From Acidimicrobiales bacterium (GTDB taxonomy: Bacteria; Actinomycetota; Acidimicrobiia; Acidimicrobiales; Bog-793), in contig JBEKBX010000004.1 of NCBI GenBank assembly GCA_050015175.1, positions 56,104-120,103 on the forward strand: a DNA stretch of 64,000 nt, in the 5' to 3' direction. Made by a program: the position numbers and the translations under genes. Positions within the stretch are counted from its first letter, which is position 1. The number at the start of each line of letters is the position of its first letter. The notes beneath the pieces were generated by a model. The model searched no databases. It worked only from the letters and a program-made list of their open reading frames with translations, and was not told the DNA's origin. Below are positions 20,176 through 28,632 of the stretch, one piece after another.

Positions 20176-21633
20176 CTAGGGAAATGCCGGTGTGTCGACG
20201 GGGTAGTAGAGCGCGAATTTGGTCACGAAGTTCTGGTGGCGGCTGCGGATGTCCTCCAGGTCGTTCGGCTCGGTCACCGACTGCTCGGCGCTGCGCAGGA
20301 TCATGTCCGCCTGGCGCGCGAGCACCAGCCGCTGCTCGAGGGTCGTGGTCTCCTCCATGACGCGGGTGAGGGCGTCCAGCATCTGGATCATCAGGACCGG
20401 CATGCCCCGGGCCGCCTGGCGGATCTTGTCGAATGCCCGGTTGGCCGCGCGCGCATAAGACGGGTCGGGCTCGATGAGCCGCACGCGGCCGGACCGGTCC
20501 CTGTAGACGCCCTTGCCGATCGTCACATGGGAGATCTTCCTCAGTCCCACCGAGAGCCAGTCGATGCAAGTCACCGCGGTGAAGGGGTCGTTCACCGCGG
20601 GCGAGAGCGCGCGGACGGCGATCTCCACGAGCTGGTCGATGGCGAACACCGGCTCTTGCATCAATGTCCGGTGCGGACCCGTCGCATGTGCCTTGGCGAG
20701 TGCCTCGGCGACCTGTGGTGCCGACTCGCGTGGCCAGACGGTGGCGAGCGGCCGTCCGGCGGCGATGAAGTGGCCGGGCCTGTGGGCGAGCCGGATGACC
20801 GCATCGGTGTGCGTCGCGATCCTGACCAGTTGGGCGTAGCCGACGAACTGCAGGTAGCCGCTCTCGATCGCGGGGACGGGGCAGCCCTCCGAATCGAGGA
20901 GATGAAGGAGCTCGTCCAGCGACTTCCCGCGGTGGGCCGACGCCGGCCCGCTCTCGTCGGGCTTCTGTTCGGCGATCTCGGCGTCGATCTCGCGCAGCAG
21001 GTCACGGGCGATCCCGGCTATCACCTCCGGCATCTGGATCGTCTTTGCGATGTGGTTGATGAAATAGATGAGCACCGCGAGGTCCACGAAGAGCAGGGCC
21101 TCGGAGACGGCGATCGACAGGTGCGGCACGAAGACGCCGCGCCGGCTGCCGATGGCGATGGCGCCGAGGGCGAGGGTCGAGTAGACGAAGGTGCCGACGA
21201 AGACGCCGAGCGTCACCTGGTTCCCGACGTCCCGGACGAAGTTGCGCATCATGCGGGGACCGAACTGCTGGGACGCCAGGGTGAGCGCCAGGATCGTGAT
21301 CGAGAACACGACGCCGACGACGGTGATCACCGCGGCGGCGATGGCGATCAGCACCTCCCTGCCGGCGTCCGCGCTTTCCGTCCGCATCCAGAACGGAAGC
21401 GTGAGGTGCCCTTGGTAGGCGGCCCAGTCGATCGCGAAGGTGATCACGAACAGCACGGCCGCGACGACGACGAGGATGGTGGGCACGAGCCAGAAGGTCG
21501 TGCGGAGTGCCTCCCACCGCCAGCTGGCGAACTTCCGCCGCGTCTCCCAGGCCCGCGCGCGCTCGGCCGGTGCCCCCGGCGCGCCGGGCTCTGCGGGCGA
21601 GCTCCGAGCAGATGTGGGAAGTGAGTCGGTCAT
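20176..21633 (-). CDS. DUF2254 family membrane protein
   Basis: FWLVP, LTLASQQFGPRMMRNF, GYLQ, QLVEIAVRALSPAVNDPFTA. ATG 21633. Confidence 0.85.
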   Translation of the reverse strand: MTDSLPTSARSSPAEPGAPGAPAERARAWETRRKFASWRWEALRTTFWLVPTILVVVAAVLFVITFAIDWAAYQGHLTLPFWMRTESADAGREVLIAIAAAVITVVGVVFSITILALTLASQQFGPRMMRNFVRDVGNQVTLGVFVGTFVYSTLALGAIAIGSRRGVFVPHLSIAVSEALLFVDLAVLIYFINHIAKTIQMPEVIAGIARDLLREIDAEIAEQKPDESGPASAHRGKSLDELLHLLDSEGCPVPAIESGYLQFVGYAQLVRIATHTDAVIRLAHRPGHFIAAGRPLATVWPRESAPQVAEALAKAHATGPHRTLMQEPVFAIDQLVEIAVRALSPAVNDPFTAVTCIDWLSVGLRKISHVTIGKGVYRDRSGRVRLIEPDPSYARAANRAFDKIRQAARGMPVLMIQMLDALTRVMEETTTLEQRLVLARQADMILRSAEQSVTEPNDLEDIRSRHQNFVTKFALYYPVDTPAFP

Positions 21634-21862
21634 TGGGCCAGTCCTATGTTTGCCGACCAGTCTTCCCGGCGCGCCGTTCACAAAGAGTACCGGTCGCGGG
21701 GAGGTCTGCTCCGAGCTTCGCGGGTGAGAGCAGTGCCGGCCGGTTGGGACCGCGAGAGACGCTGCGGGCCGGCGGCGGGTCCGCTTGTCGGGACGCTGCC
21801 GGTTGCTAGAGTCACGTCTTCGGTCACGGCGTTCGCGCCGTGGTGACGGGGGAGGGGGGACT

Positions 21863-22516
21863 ATGACCGACACGAGAGTCGACTCTTCGCCGACCGGAGC
21901 CGGCCCGGGGTTGACGACCGGAGCCGAGGTGGGTGTCGGTCCCGGCGCGGCCGCGCCGGCACGCCCGGTCGTCCAGATCGTGCCGCTCAAGGGCCTGCCG
22001 GTCGTCGCGGTCATCCTCGCCTTCCTCGTGGCGTCGATCGGTTTCAACTGGCAATGGGGGCTCGACTTCAACCATGTCGCCGGCGGTGGCCTGTGGACGG
22101 GCATCGACCTGTTCGTCGGGCTCGTCGTCGGGCCGATCCTCGGGCGGCTCTCGATCCCGGCCCGCGCCGAGTTCTCGGCGAGGTTCATGCCGAAGATGGT
22201 CCTCCTCATGCCGACGCTGGTCGCGATGACGCTCGCCTCCGGGTTCCAGCTGGCGCTCGACCTCGGCAACTTGAAGGCGTCGAGCCCGAACCACGCCTGG
22301 CTGATGGTGTCGTTCGTCGTTGTGGGCGTCATGGCCGTCATCGCGCTCGGCATCCTCGAGCCGGCGAACATCGCCGTCCTGTTCGAGATGCGCAAGCCCC
22401 GGCCCGACGGCGAGGTCATCGCCAAGCTGATGAAGCGATTCATCTACACCGCCGGCATCACCGGACTGATGCAGGTCGCAACGCTCGTCATCATGACCCG
22501 GGTGGCCTCGCAATGA
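21863..22516 (+). CDS. Uncharacterised integral membrane protein
   Basis: About five TMs, HVAGGGLWTGIDLF segment, G-rich RBS before ATG 21863. Confidence 0.75.
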   Translation: MTDTRVDSSPTGAGPGLTTGAEVGVGPGAAAPARPVVQIVPLKGLPVVAVILAFLVASIGFNWQWGLDFNHVAGGGLWTGIDLFVGLVVGPILGRLSIPARAEFSARFMPKMVLLMPTLVAMTLASGFQLALDLGNLKASSPNHAWLMVSFVVVGVMAVIALGILEPANIAVLFEMRKPRPDGEVIAKLMKRFIYTAGITGLMQVATLVIMTRVASQ

Positions 22517-22953
22517 GCGTGTCGGACCGCGAGGCGCCCGCCGCGCTCGGCGCGCCGCAGCGGTTCGCGCCCGTCGCCGAGCTCGCAGCCGCGGCCCTCG
22601 TGCTGATCGTGGTAGGGGGCGTCTACATGGCTTCGTACGCACCGCGCCGGCCACCGCTCACCGCCCCGATCTGCCTCGCCGCCGCGAGCGCCGCCCTGCT
22701 CTTTGTCACCGCCGTCATGCTGGTGCGCACCAGAGGGCTCGCGTGGGACAAGTTCTTCCTCGTCGGCCGCTGGACGTTGGTCTCGTACGTGATCGCCGCA
22801 GGGCTGATCGAGTTCGCGTTCGTCCGGGACCACACCCGGGGAGGCCCTCTCGTGGTGCTGACGGCGATGCTGGTCCTGTTCGCCGTCGACGTCCCGCTGA
22901 TAATCAGCTACACGGTCGCGCGCTTCCAGTCCGCCCGGAGCGACGCCACCTGA
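22513..22953 (+). CDS. Uncharacterised four-TM membrane protein
   Basis: ATGA overlap with the previous gene; four hydrophobic helices. Confidence 0.72.
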   Translation: MSVSDREAPAALGAPQRFAPVAELAAAALVLIVVGGVYMASYAPRRPPLTAPICLAAASAALLFVTAVMLVRTRGLAWDKFFLVGRWTLVSYVIAAGLIEFAFVRDHTRGGPLVVLTAMLVLFAVDVPLIISYTVARFQSARSDAT

Positions 22954-22977
22954 GCCGAGAGGCCGGCCCGGAGCGAC

Positions 22978-24378
22978 GTGACCCGGCACCGGGTCCGGTG
23001 GGGCGCTGCGATTCTGCTGGCAGGCGCGTCGGCGATGTTCCATGCTCGTGAGGTGGAGAGCCTTCCATCGGACGGATCCGAAGCGGGGGACCGGGCCGAG
23101 CCGGACCGACGCCCGGCGGGGGACCCGGTAGCCGATCCCGTGCCGGGGAGAGCCCCCAGCTCACCTTCGGTCGGCGAAGCTTCCCCGACGACCGGCGCGC
23201 TCACGACGAGGAAGCGGAGCGAGACCTACGTCGCGCGGAGGTCGTGGGCTGTGTTCCTCGTCGGGTTGAAGGCCCTCGTCCTGCGCGCCTGGGAGGCGCG
23301 CTGGACGCTCCGGGTCATCTCGGTCACGGCCGCCGCCGCGGGAGCGACGTGGGCGGTCTGCCTCCCATTCGGCGGCTTCGCGCCGGCCTTCGGTGCGGCG
23401 TCGGCTGTCTACGCCGTCCAGTTGACCGTGCGGACCTCCGTGCTCGACGGCGCCAAACGGACGGTGCTGATGGGCCTCAGCGTCCTGCTTGCCGTGCTGA
23501 TCCTGAAGACCGTCGGCCTCTCGGCCCTCGCGGTCATCGTGCTGGTCTTCGTCTCGCTCGCCGCCGGCCAGTTGCTGCGGCTCGGCGCGAGCGGTTCGCT
23601 CCAGATCCCCGGGACGGCCATCTTCATCCTCGCCCTCGGGACCTCCGTGAGCACTTCCACCTTGCTCGACAGGGTCTGGGCGACTCTGGTCGGCGCCGTC
23701 ATCGGTGCCGCCGCCTCCTATGTGGCCTACCCGGGGGACCCCCGCTCACGGGCCCGGCGGGCCCTAGCGGCACTTGCCGGTTCGATCGCGGACCTGCTCT
23801 CGGAGATGAGCGCCGGAGTGGCGAGGACGCCGACAGCGACCGAGACCGACGTCTGGCTCGGCCGCTCGCGTGCGTTGGAGGAGGAGCTGGAGCACACGCG
23901 TCCCTTGGTCGACGAGGCGGTGGCGTTCCTCCGGGTGGACCCCTTCGGTCGCAAGACCGCCTCCGCCGAGCTGGCGCAGGCGCTCGACGCCCTCACGCAC
24001 TCGGTGGCTCAGCTGCGTGCGATCGCGCGCACGTTGTTCGACCACCAGATCGACGGGGCACCGCGGCTGCCCGCCAGTCTCGCCGAGGTGCTCTCCCGCA
24101 CCGCTGTCGCGTACCGCGCCCAGGCCGAAGCTCTACAGGGGGACGCTCCGAGCGTGGATGCCGCCCTGGACGCCGTGCGGCAAGCCCGTGGCGAATCGCT
24201 TCGCAGCCTCCGGCGGGTGGACGAGACCGGTGCGTGGGTCGTCTCCGGTGCGATCCTCACCGAAGTCGACAGGATGGTCGCACAGCTCGGAGGCGACGCT
24301 CCCGCGCTGGCGGTCCCGACCGATTCGTCCCGCACTCGCCGTCGCCGTGGGAGATCGCGAAACGGCCGCCGAGAGTAG
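22978..24378 (+). CDS. FUSC / aromatic acid exporter family protein
   Basis: N-terminal TM block (AVQLTVRTS, DRVWATLVGAVIG) followed by a helical cytoplasmic region. Start uncertain. Confidence 0.72.
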   Translation: MTRHRVRWGAAILLAGASAMFHAREVESLPSDGSEAGDRAEPDRRPAGDPVADPVPGRAPSSPSVGEASPTTGALTTRKRSETYVARRSWAVFLVGLKALVLRAWEARWTLRVISVTAAAAGATWAVCLPFGGFAPAFGAASAVYAVQLTVRTSVLDGAKRTVLMGLSVLLAVLILKTVGLSALAVIVLVFVSLAAGQLLRLGASGSLQIPGTAIFILALGTSVSTSTLLDRVWATLVGAVIGAAASYVAYPGDPRSRARRALAALAGSIADLLSEMSAGVARTPTATETDVWLGRSRALEEELEHTRPLVDEAVAFLRVDPFGRKTASAELAQALDALTHSVAQLRAIARTLFDHQIDGAPRLPASLAEVLSRTAVAYRAQAEALQGDAPSVDAALDAVRQARGESLRSLRRVDETGAWVVSGAILTEVDRMVAQLGGDAPALAVPTDSSRTRRRRGRSRNGRRE

Positions 24379-24492
24379 GGCTGACCGGCATGCCTACCAG
24401 GGAAAGACTCGTTTCTCTCAGGTATCCTGCAGACAGCTCATCTCGAGCGACAGCGAACCGACCCCATCGGCCAGATCGGTGGTTCCTTGAAC

Positions 24493-24849
24493 ATGGCTGC
24501 TGACGAGCCCGAAGAGCCTGGGGAGGCGGGGCCGCCACTTGGCGGCCCCGAGGACAAGAACCCGGAATTGGCCGTCCCGAAAAGCCGTGCCGGGGGAGCC
24601 TGGAAGAGCCTCGTGCCGACGCTGGTCTTCGCGGCGGTGATGGTCATATTCATCGTGCAGAACCTTCAGAAGGCGAAGGTCAGCTTCCTCATGTTCTCGG
24701 CCAGGTTCCCGCTGGCGCTCGCGCTCCTGGTGGCCGCGGCGCTCGGCGCGCTCGTCGTGTTCTGCCTGGGATCGGTGCGGATGGGCCAATTTCGCAAGGC
24801 TTTTCGGCGTCACCAGGCACAACATGACACGACTCGAGGGAAGAGATGA
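24493..24849 (+). CDS. LapA (DUF1049) domain membrane protein
   Basis: SRAGGAW, IFIVQN..KVSFL, PLALALLVAAALGAL pattern. Confidence 0.75.
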   Translation: MAADEPEEPGEAGPPLGGPEDKNPELAVPKSRAGGAWKSLVPTLVFAAVMVIFIVQNLQKAKVSFLMFSARFPLALALLVAAALGALVVFCLGSVRMGQFRKAFRRHQAQHDTTRGKR

Positions 24850-25076
24850 AGATCGAGTACAAGGTGAAGGAGTGGCACACAGGGGCCGTTCACGCGGGCG
24901 AGACGGGAGCGTTGGGGCTGCAAGCGATGCTCAACGAGCCTGAGCTCTTCGGCTACCGCATGCACACGGTACTGGGCGGTCTCGACCAGTCGTTGCTGAT
25001 CTTCACCAAGGAGACGGGGGACGGTGCCGCCTCACAGCCTGGTGACACGGCCGGGGCCTCGGACATCCGGGACTGA
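24846..25076 (+). CDS. Small hypothetical protein (DUF4177-like)
   Basis: ATGA-coupled; EYKV...LQAMLN...GY...LIFTKE pattern. Confidence 0.5.
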   Translation: MKIEYKVKEWHTGAVHAGETGALGLQAMLNEPELFGYRMHTVLGGLDQSLLIFTKETGDGAASQPGDTAGASDIRD

Positions 25077-25112
25077 CCTTCCGGGCGGCCGCCCACGCGG
25101 CTTGTGAGCTCC

Positions 25113-25586
25113 TCAGGAGGGATCGACAGAGATGACCCCTGCGTCCGCCACGTGCTCGCTCCATCCGGACCCGTCGAAGTAGCGCAGCTCATGACGCCCA
25201 GTCGGGTCGGGAAGCCAAGCCCTGAGCAAGGCCATCTGTCGCACAGCCGTCGCGGAGCCGGCCGCCGCGCCGATCTCGTCAACAGGGGAGAAGCCGGGCA
25301 CGTCCCGGCCATCGCCGCCCGGTCCGCGGCCCTGCTGGAAGCGGGGCGACCAGGCGAAGATCGAGAGCAGCGTGCCGAAGATCGCGACGAAGACGATGGA
25401 CAGCAAAGTGACGAGGAAGGTCACAAAGACGCTGACGATGCCCCAGACGAGAGGGTGGATGTGCCACGGGCTGGAGCCGGTACGGCGCCTGTAGGCGTTC
25501 GAGCGCATGAACGCCAGCGTCCCGAACACGAGCCCCAATGCGAGATACCAGCCTGTCCTCGGAATGATCAGGCTTGTCACGCGCAC
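25113..25586 (-). CDS. DUF2510 domain membrane protein
   Basis: C-terminal WLPDPTGRHELRYFDGSGWSEHV, N-terminal TMs, TAGACT -10 six nt before the GTG. Confidence 0.75.
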   Translation of the reverse strand: MRVTSLIIPRTGWYLALGLVFGTLAFMRSNAYRRRTGSSPWHIHPLVWGIVSVFVTFLVTLLSIVFVAIFGTLLSIFAWSPRFQQGRGPGGDGRDVPGFSPVDEIGAAAGSATAVRQMALLRAWLPDPTGRHELRYFDGSGWSEHVADAGVISVDPS

Positions 25587-25671
25587 GGCCCGAGTCTATG
25601 CGGTCGGCTCCGCTGCAGGCGACCGAACTCCTCCGGCCTCGGCGTTGTCGTCGCCGCGTGAGCCGGCCCGC

Positions 25672-26490
25672 CTACTTGGTCATCGGGAAGGAGCCGGTTG
25701 TCGCGATCGAGCCGCTCGTGGAGATGACACAGCCCTCGTAGCCGTCGACGGCTTCGATCACCGCCAGGCCCGCCTCGCCGGCCACGAGAAGGCCGGTCGC
25801 GAGCGCGTCGGCCAGCCAGAGCCGAGGCCCGGTGACAGTCGCCGACTCACAGCGCGCCCCCGGCCGCCCGGTCTGCGGGTCGATGACGTGGTGCCCGCGC
25901 TCGTAGCAGCCCGAGGTGGCGATCGCGCCCGGGGACTCGAGGACGCAGGCGAGGGCATCGACGGCGCGGGGGTCGCGCACTCCGATCCTCCAGGGCACCC
26001 CAGGCTCGGGGCCGCCGAAGGTGGCCAGGTCGCCCCCGGCGCTCACGATCGCGGCCCGGACACCGGCGGCACGCAGCTCACCGAGAGCCTTGTCTGCCGC
26101 CCAGCCCTTGACCAGCCCGGTGGGGTCGACCCCCCCGGGCATCGCCCATGGGTCGAACCATCCACCGGAGAGCCGACGGGCGATCGAGCACAGGTCCAGC
26201 ACCTCGGTCACCTCGGCCGGGGCCTCGCCGGGAGTGATCGCATTCCTGCGGAGAAGGCTCATCGGGCTGTTGGGCTTCCACGTGCTGAAGACGGCGTCCG
26301 CGCGGTCGAGCCGCGCGCACGCCCTCGCCAGTCCGACATGGGCCGCCTTCAGGTCGGCGTCGCCGATGCGCACCTCGAACGACACGATCGTCCCCATGAC
26401 GGCGTGGACATGACGGAGGACGCGACCGGTCGCGCCGGCACTGTCGGCCGTGGGAGGCGACCTCCGGGTGAGCGTGCCGGTGTCGGCCAC
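25672..26490 (-). CDS. apbE: FAD:protein FMN transferase
   Basis: VMGTIVS, FSTWKPNS, FDP, DPTGLVKGWA, AGGD, WRIGVRDP, ATSG, HVIDP, ADALATG. Confidence 0.92.
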   Translation of the reverse strand: MADTGTLTRRSPPTADSAGATGRVLRHVHAVMGTIVSFEVRIGDADLKAAHVGLARACARLDRADAVFSTWKPNSPMSLLRRNAITPGEAPAEVTEVLDLCSIARRLSGGWFDPWAMPGGVDPTGLVKGWAADKALGELRAAGVRAAIVSAGGDLATFGGPEPGVPWRIGVRDPRAVDALACVLESPGAIATSGCYERGHHVIDPQTGRPGARCESATVTGPRLWLADALATGLLVAGEAGLAVIEAVDGYEGCVISTSGSIATTGSFPMTK

Positions 26491-27017
26491 TACTTGATCC
26501 CAAGCTTGTCGAGAGCTGCCTGCAGCGACTGGACGTAGGCCTGGCTCGTGAACGTCGCGCCAGAGACGCCGTTGATGCTGGCGCTCTGGGCCTGAAGCGT
26601 CTGGCTCTGGAGCAGGGGCTCCGCATACGAGTTGACCTGGCTCGAACGCGGGTCGAAGGCGGTGTCGATCACGGGCTGGACGTCGGTGATCCGGCTCCCC
26701 GTGGCGGTCACCTGGAGCTCCAGCTCCCCGTAGCGGTACTGGACGTCGGCACCGAGGGCGGAGCGGGTCCCGGTCGGTGTGGTCGTCGTGGTCGACGTGG
26801 AGCTCGAGACCGAGCCCGGTGTCGACGACGACCCGCTCGTGGTCGTCGTCGAGCTCCCGCTGTCGCCACCTTTCGACGATCCGGTCGGCGTCTTCCCCGC
26901 GCCGGACGTGCCCGACAGGCCGGACACGACGTTCGTGCCGATGTTCTCTGTGTGGAACCCGAGAACCGCGGCCAGTCCGGCGGCTGTCGCGGCGACGACG
27001 ATGGGCGTGCGCTTCAT
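26490..27017 (-). CDS. Exported FMN-binding (flavinylated) protein
   Basis: N-terminal hydrophobic anchor, Ser/Thr/Gly-rich linker, YG.LELQV, flavinylation motif INGVSGATFTS. Confidence 0.9.
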   Translation of the reverse strand: MKRTPIVVAATAAGLAAVLGFHTENIGTNVVSGLSGTSGAGKTPTGSSKGGDSGSSTTTTSGSSSTPGSVSSSTSTTTTTPTGTRSALGADVQYRYGELELQVTATGSRITDVQPVIDTAFDPRSSQVNSYAEPLLQSQTLQAQSASINGVSGATFTSQAYVQSLQAALDKLGIK

Positions 27018-27058
27018 TGCGTGATCTCCAAGTCTCGAGAGGTTGGCCGACCGAGGTC

Positions 27059-28480
27059 TCAGAACGCGAACGACTCGGCGTGGATGGCGTCGGGGCCGAC
27101 TCCGAGGCGCCGCGCGGCGCCGAGGATCCGGTCGGTGAAGCCTTCGGGCCCGCAGACGTACACGTCGCGCTCGGCGATGTCGGGGACGAGTTGGCCGAGC
27201 AGGCGGTGATCGAGGCGCACCCGGTGGCGGCTTCCGACGAGGAGGTGCAGGCGACCGCCCCGTTCCTCGACGAGCGCGTCCATCTCGTCGTGGAAGATCA
27301 CGTCCTCGCGTGTCGGCGCGCGCAGCATGACCACGACGTCGACTTGGGCGGGCAGGTCCTCGAGGATGGCGCGCATCGGTGTGACCCCCACGCCGGCCGC
27401 CACGAGAAGGACCTTGTCGCCGCTGCGCGAATGCGCCGTGACGACGCCGTAGGGGCCTTCGATGGCGACGCGCGTGCCGACCGGGAGCCTGGCGAGCGAC
27501 CCGGAGTGGTCGCCGAGCGCCTTCACTGTCACACGCAGGAACGGCGGTCTCGGCAGCGCGGAGACGGAGTAGGGATGGGCCTGCCACCACAGGTCGTCGT
27601 GGAGGAAGCGCCATTGCAGGAACTGTCCGCCGGCGACCGGCAGCCGCTCGAGATGGCGCCCGGCGCAGATCACCGACACGACCCCCGGGCCCTCCTCGCG
27701 CACCTCGGCCACGCGGAGCCGGTGGTAGAGGGTGCGCCACAGGGGAAGGCCCACGCGGTAGACGAGCACGACGCCCGCGGTCGAGGCCCAGACCGCGACC
27801 CAGAACAGCCTTGCGAGCGGGTGCCCGACGAACGAGACGCCGTCGGCCAGCTGGTGGGAGAAGGCGAGCGCTATGGCCAGGTAGGTGTACAGGTGCACGG
27901 CCCACCAGGTCTCGTAGCGCATCCTCGAGCGGGCGGCCCGGAATGAGGCCACGCCCGCCATGACCAACAGCCCGAATGCGACGGTCGCCATCAGCACGTC
28001 CGGGTAGGACTTGAGCAGGATGGCGAGCTCGTGCCAGGGACCGACCGACGCCTCCTCGGCGTAGCCGATCGTGATGAGCACGGCATGGCAGCCCAGAAGG
28101 ACGATGGGCCAAGGACCGAGGCGCCGGTGCCACCGCACGAGACGGTCCTGGCCGAGGACTCCTTCTAGGAAGGGGAGTCTCGATATCAAGACGAGCATGA
28201 CGAGCAGCAGGTAGCTGCCCGCCAGGCCGGCGATCTGGCCGGCGGCGGTCTCGATCCCGCCCGGCGCGGCGAGCGATCCCCGGGTCACGGCGGTCAGCCC
28301 GAGCGCGAGCGTGACGCCGAAGCCGAGGGAGGCCACTGCCGTGACCGCATTCGCGGGCCACTCGCGCCGGGCGCGCCGCGAGCTCTTCGCACCCCGGGCC
28401 GCGGCCGTGCCTGGCTCCGCCGAGCGGGCGTGCGCCCGAGTCGGGACGGGCGCGTTCGGCATGGTCGGCGAGGCGAGCAT
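27059..28480 (-). CDS. Ferric reductase-like transmembrane cytochrome b fused to an FNR-type FAD/NAD domain
   Basis: His ligands in RWHR, CHAV and VHLYTY..FSHQ; GQF, HPYS, EGPYG, AGVGVTP, YVCGP, ESF. Confidence 0.92.
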   Translation of the reverse strand: MLASPTMPNAPVPTRAHARSAEPGTAAARGAKSSRRARREWPANAVTAVASLGFGVTLALGLTAVTRGSLAAPGGIETAAGQIAGLAGSYLLLVMLVLISRLPFLEGVLGQDRLVRWHRRLGPWPIVLLGCHAVLITIGYAEEASVGPWHELAILLKSYPDVLMATVAFGLLVMAGVASFRAARSRMRYETWWAVHLYTYLAIALAFSHQLADGVSFVGHPLARLFWVAVWASTAGVVLVYRVGLPLWRTLYHRLRVAEVREEGPGVVSVICAGRHLERLPVAGGQFLQWRFLHDDLWWQAHPYSVSALPRPPFLRVTVKALGDHSGSLARLPVGTRVAIEGPYGVVTAHSRSGDKVLLVAAGVGVTPMRAILEDLPAQVDVVVMLRAPTREDVIFHDEMDALVEERGGRLHLLVGSRHRVRLDHRLLGQLVPDIAERDVYVCGPEGFTDRILGAARRLGVGPDAIHAESFAF

Positions 28481-28502
28481 CGGCAAAGCTTTCACCGACT
28501 GC

Positions 28503-28541
28503 CTGGGTCGGGAATGAAGGAAGCCTGGGAACCGGCTGTGA
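28503..28541 (-). promoter_or_regulatory. OmpR/PhoB-family-like tandem direct repeats
   Basis: Minus strand TCACAG-N5-TCCCAG-N5-CTTCAT-N5-ACCCAG, 11-bp period, just upstream of the ferric reductase start. Confidence 0.55.
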
Positions 28542-28632
28542 ATCAAGCCTTTCGTGCTCTAGCGCCGATCCGGCGTCGGCGCCCGGCGCCTGCTTTCCCA
28601 GGGCGCGGACTCAGTTTGAGGTCGGGGCGCCC

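Noticed and set aside
24340-24440. Glycine-riboswitch-like fragments (GGAGA...CGCCGA...CTCTCAGG...GACAG)
   Set aside because: The CCGAAG/GCAA core is missing, P1 pairing is poor, it overlaps a CDS end, and the downstream gene is unrelated to glycine.
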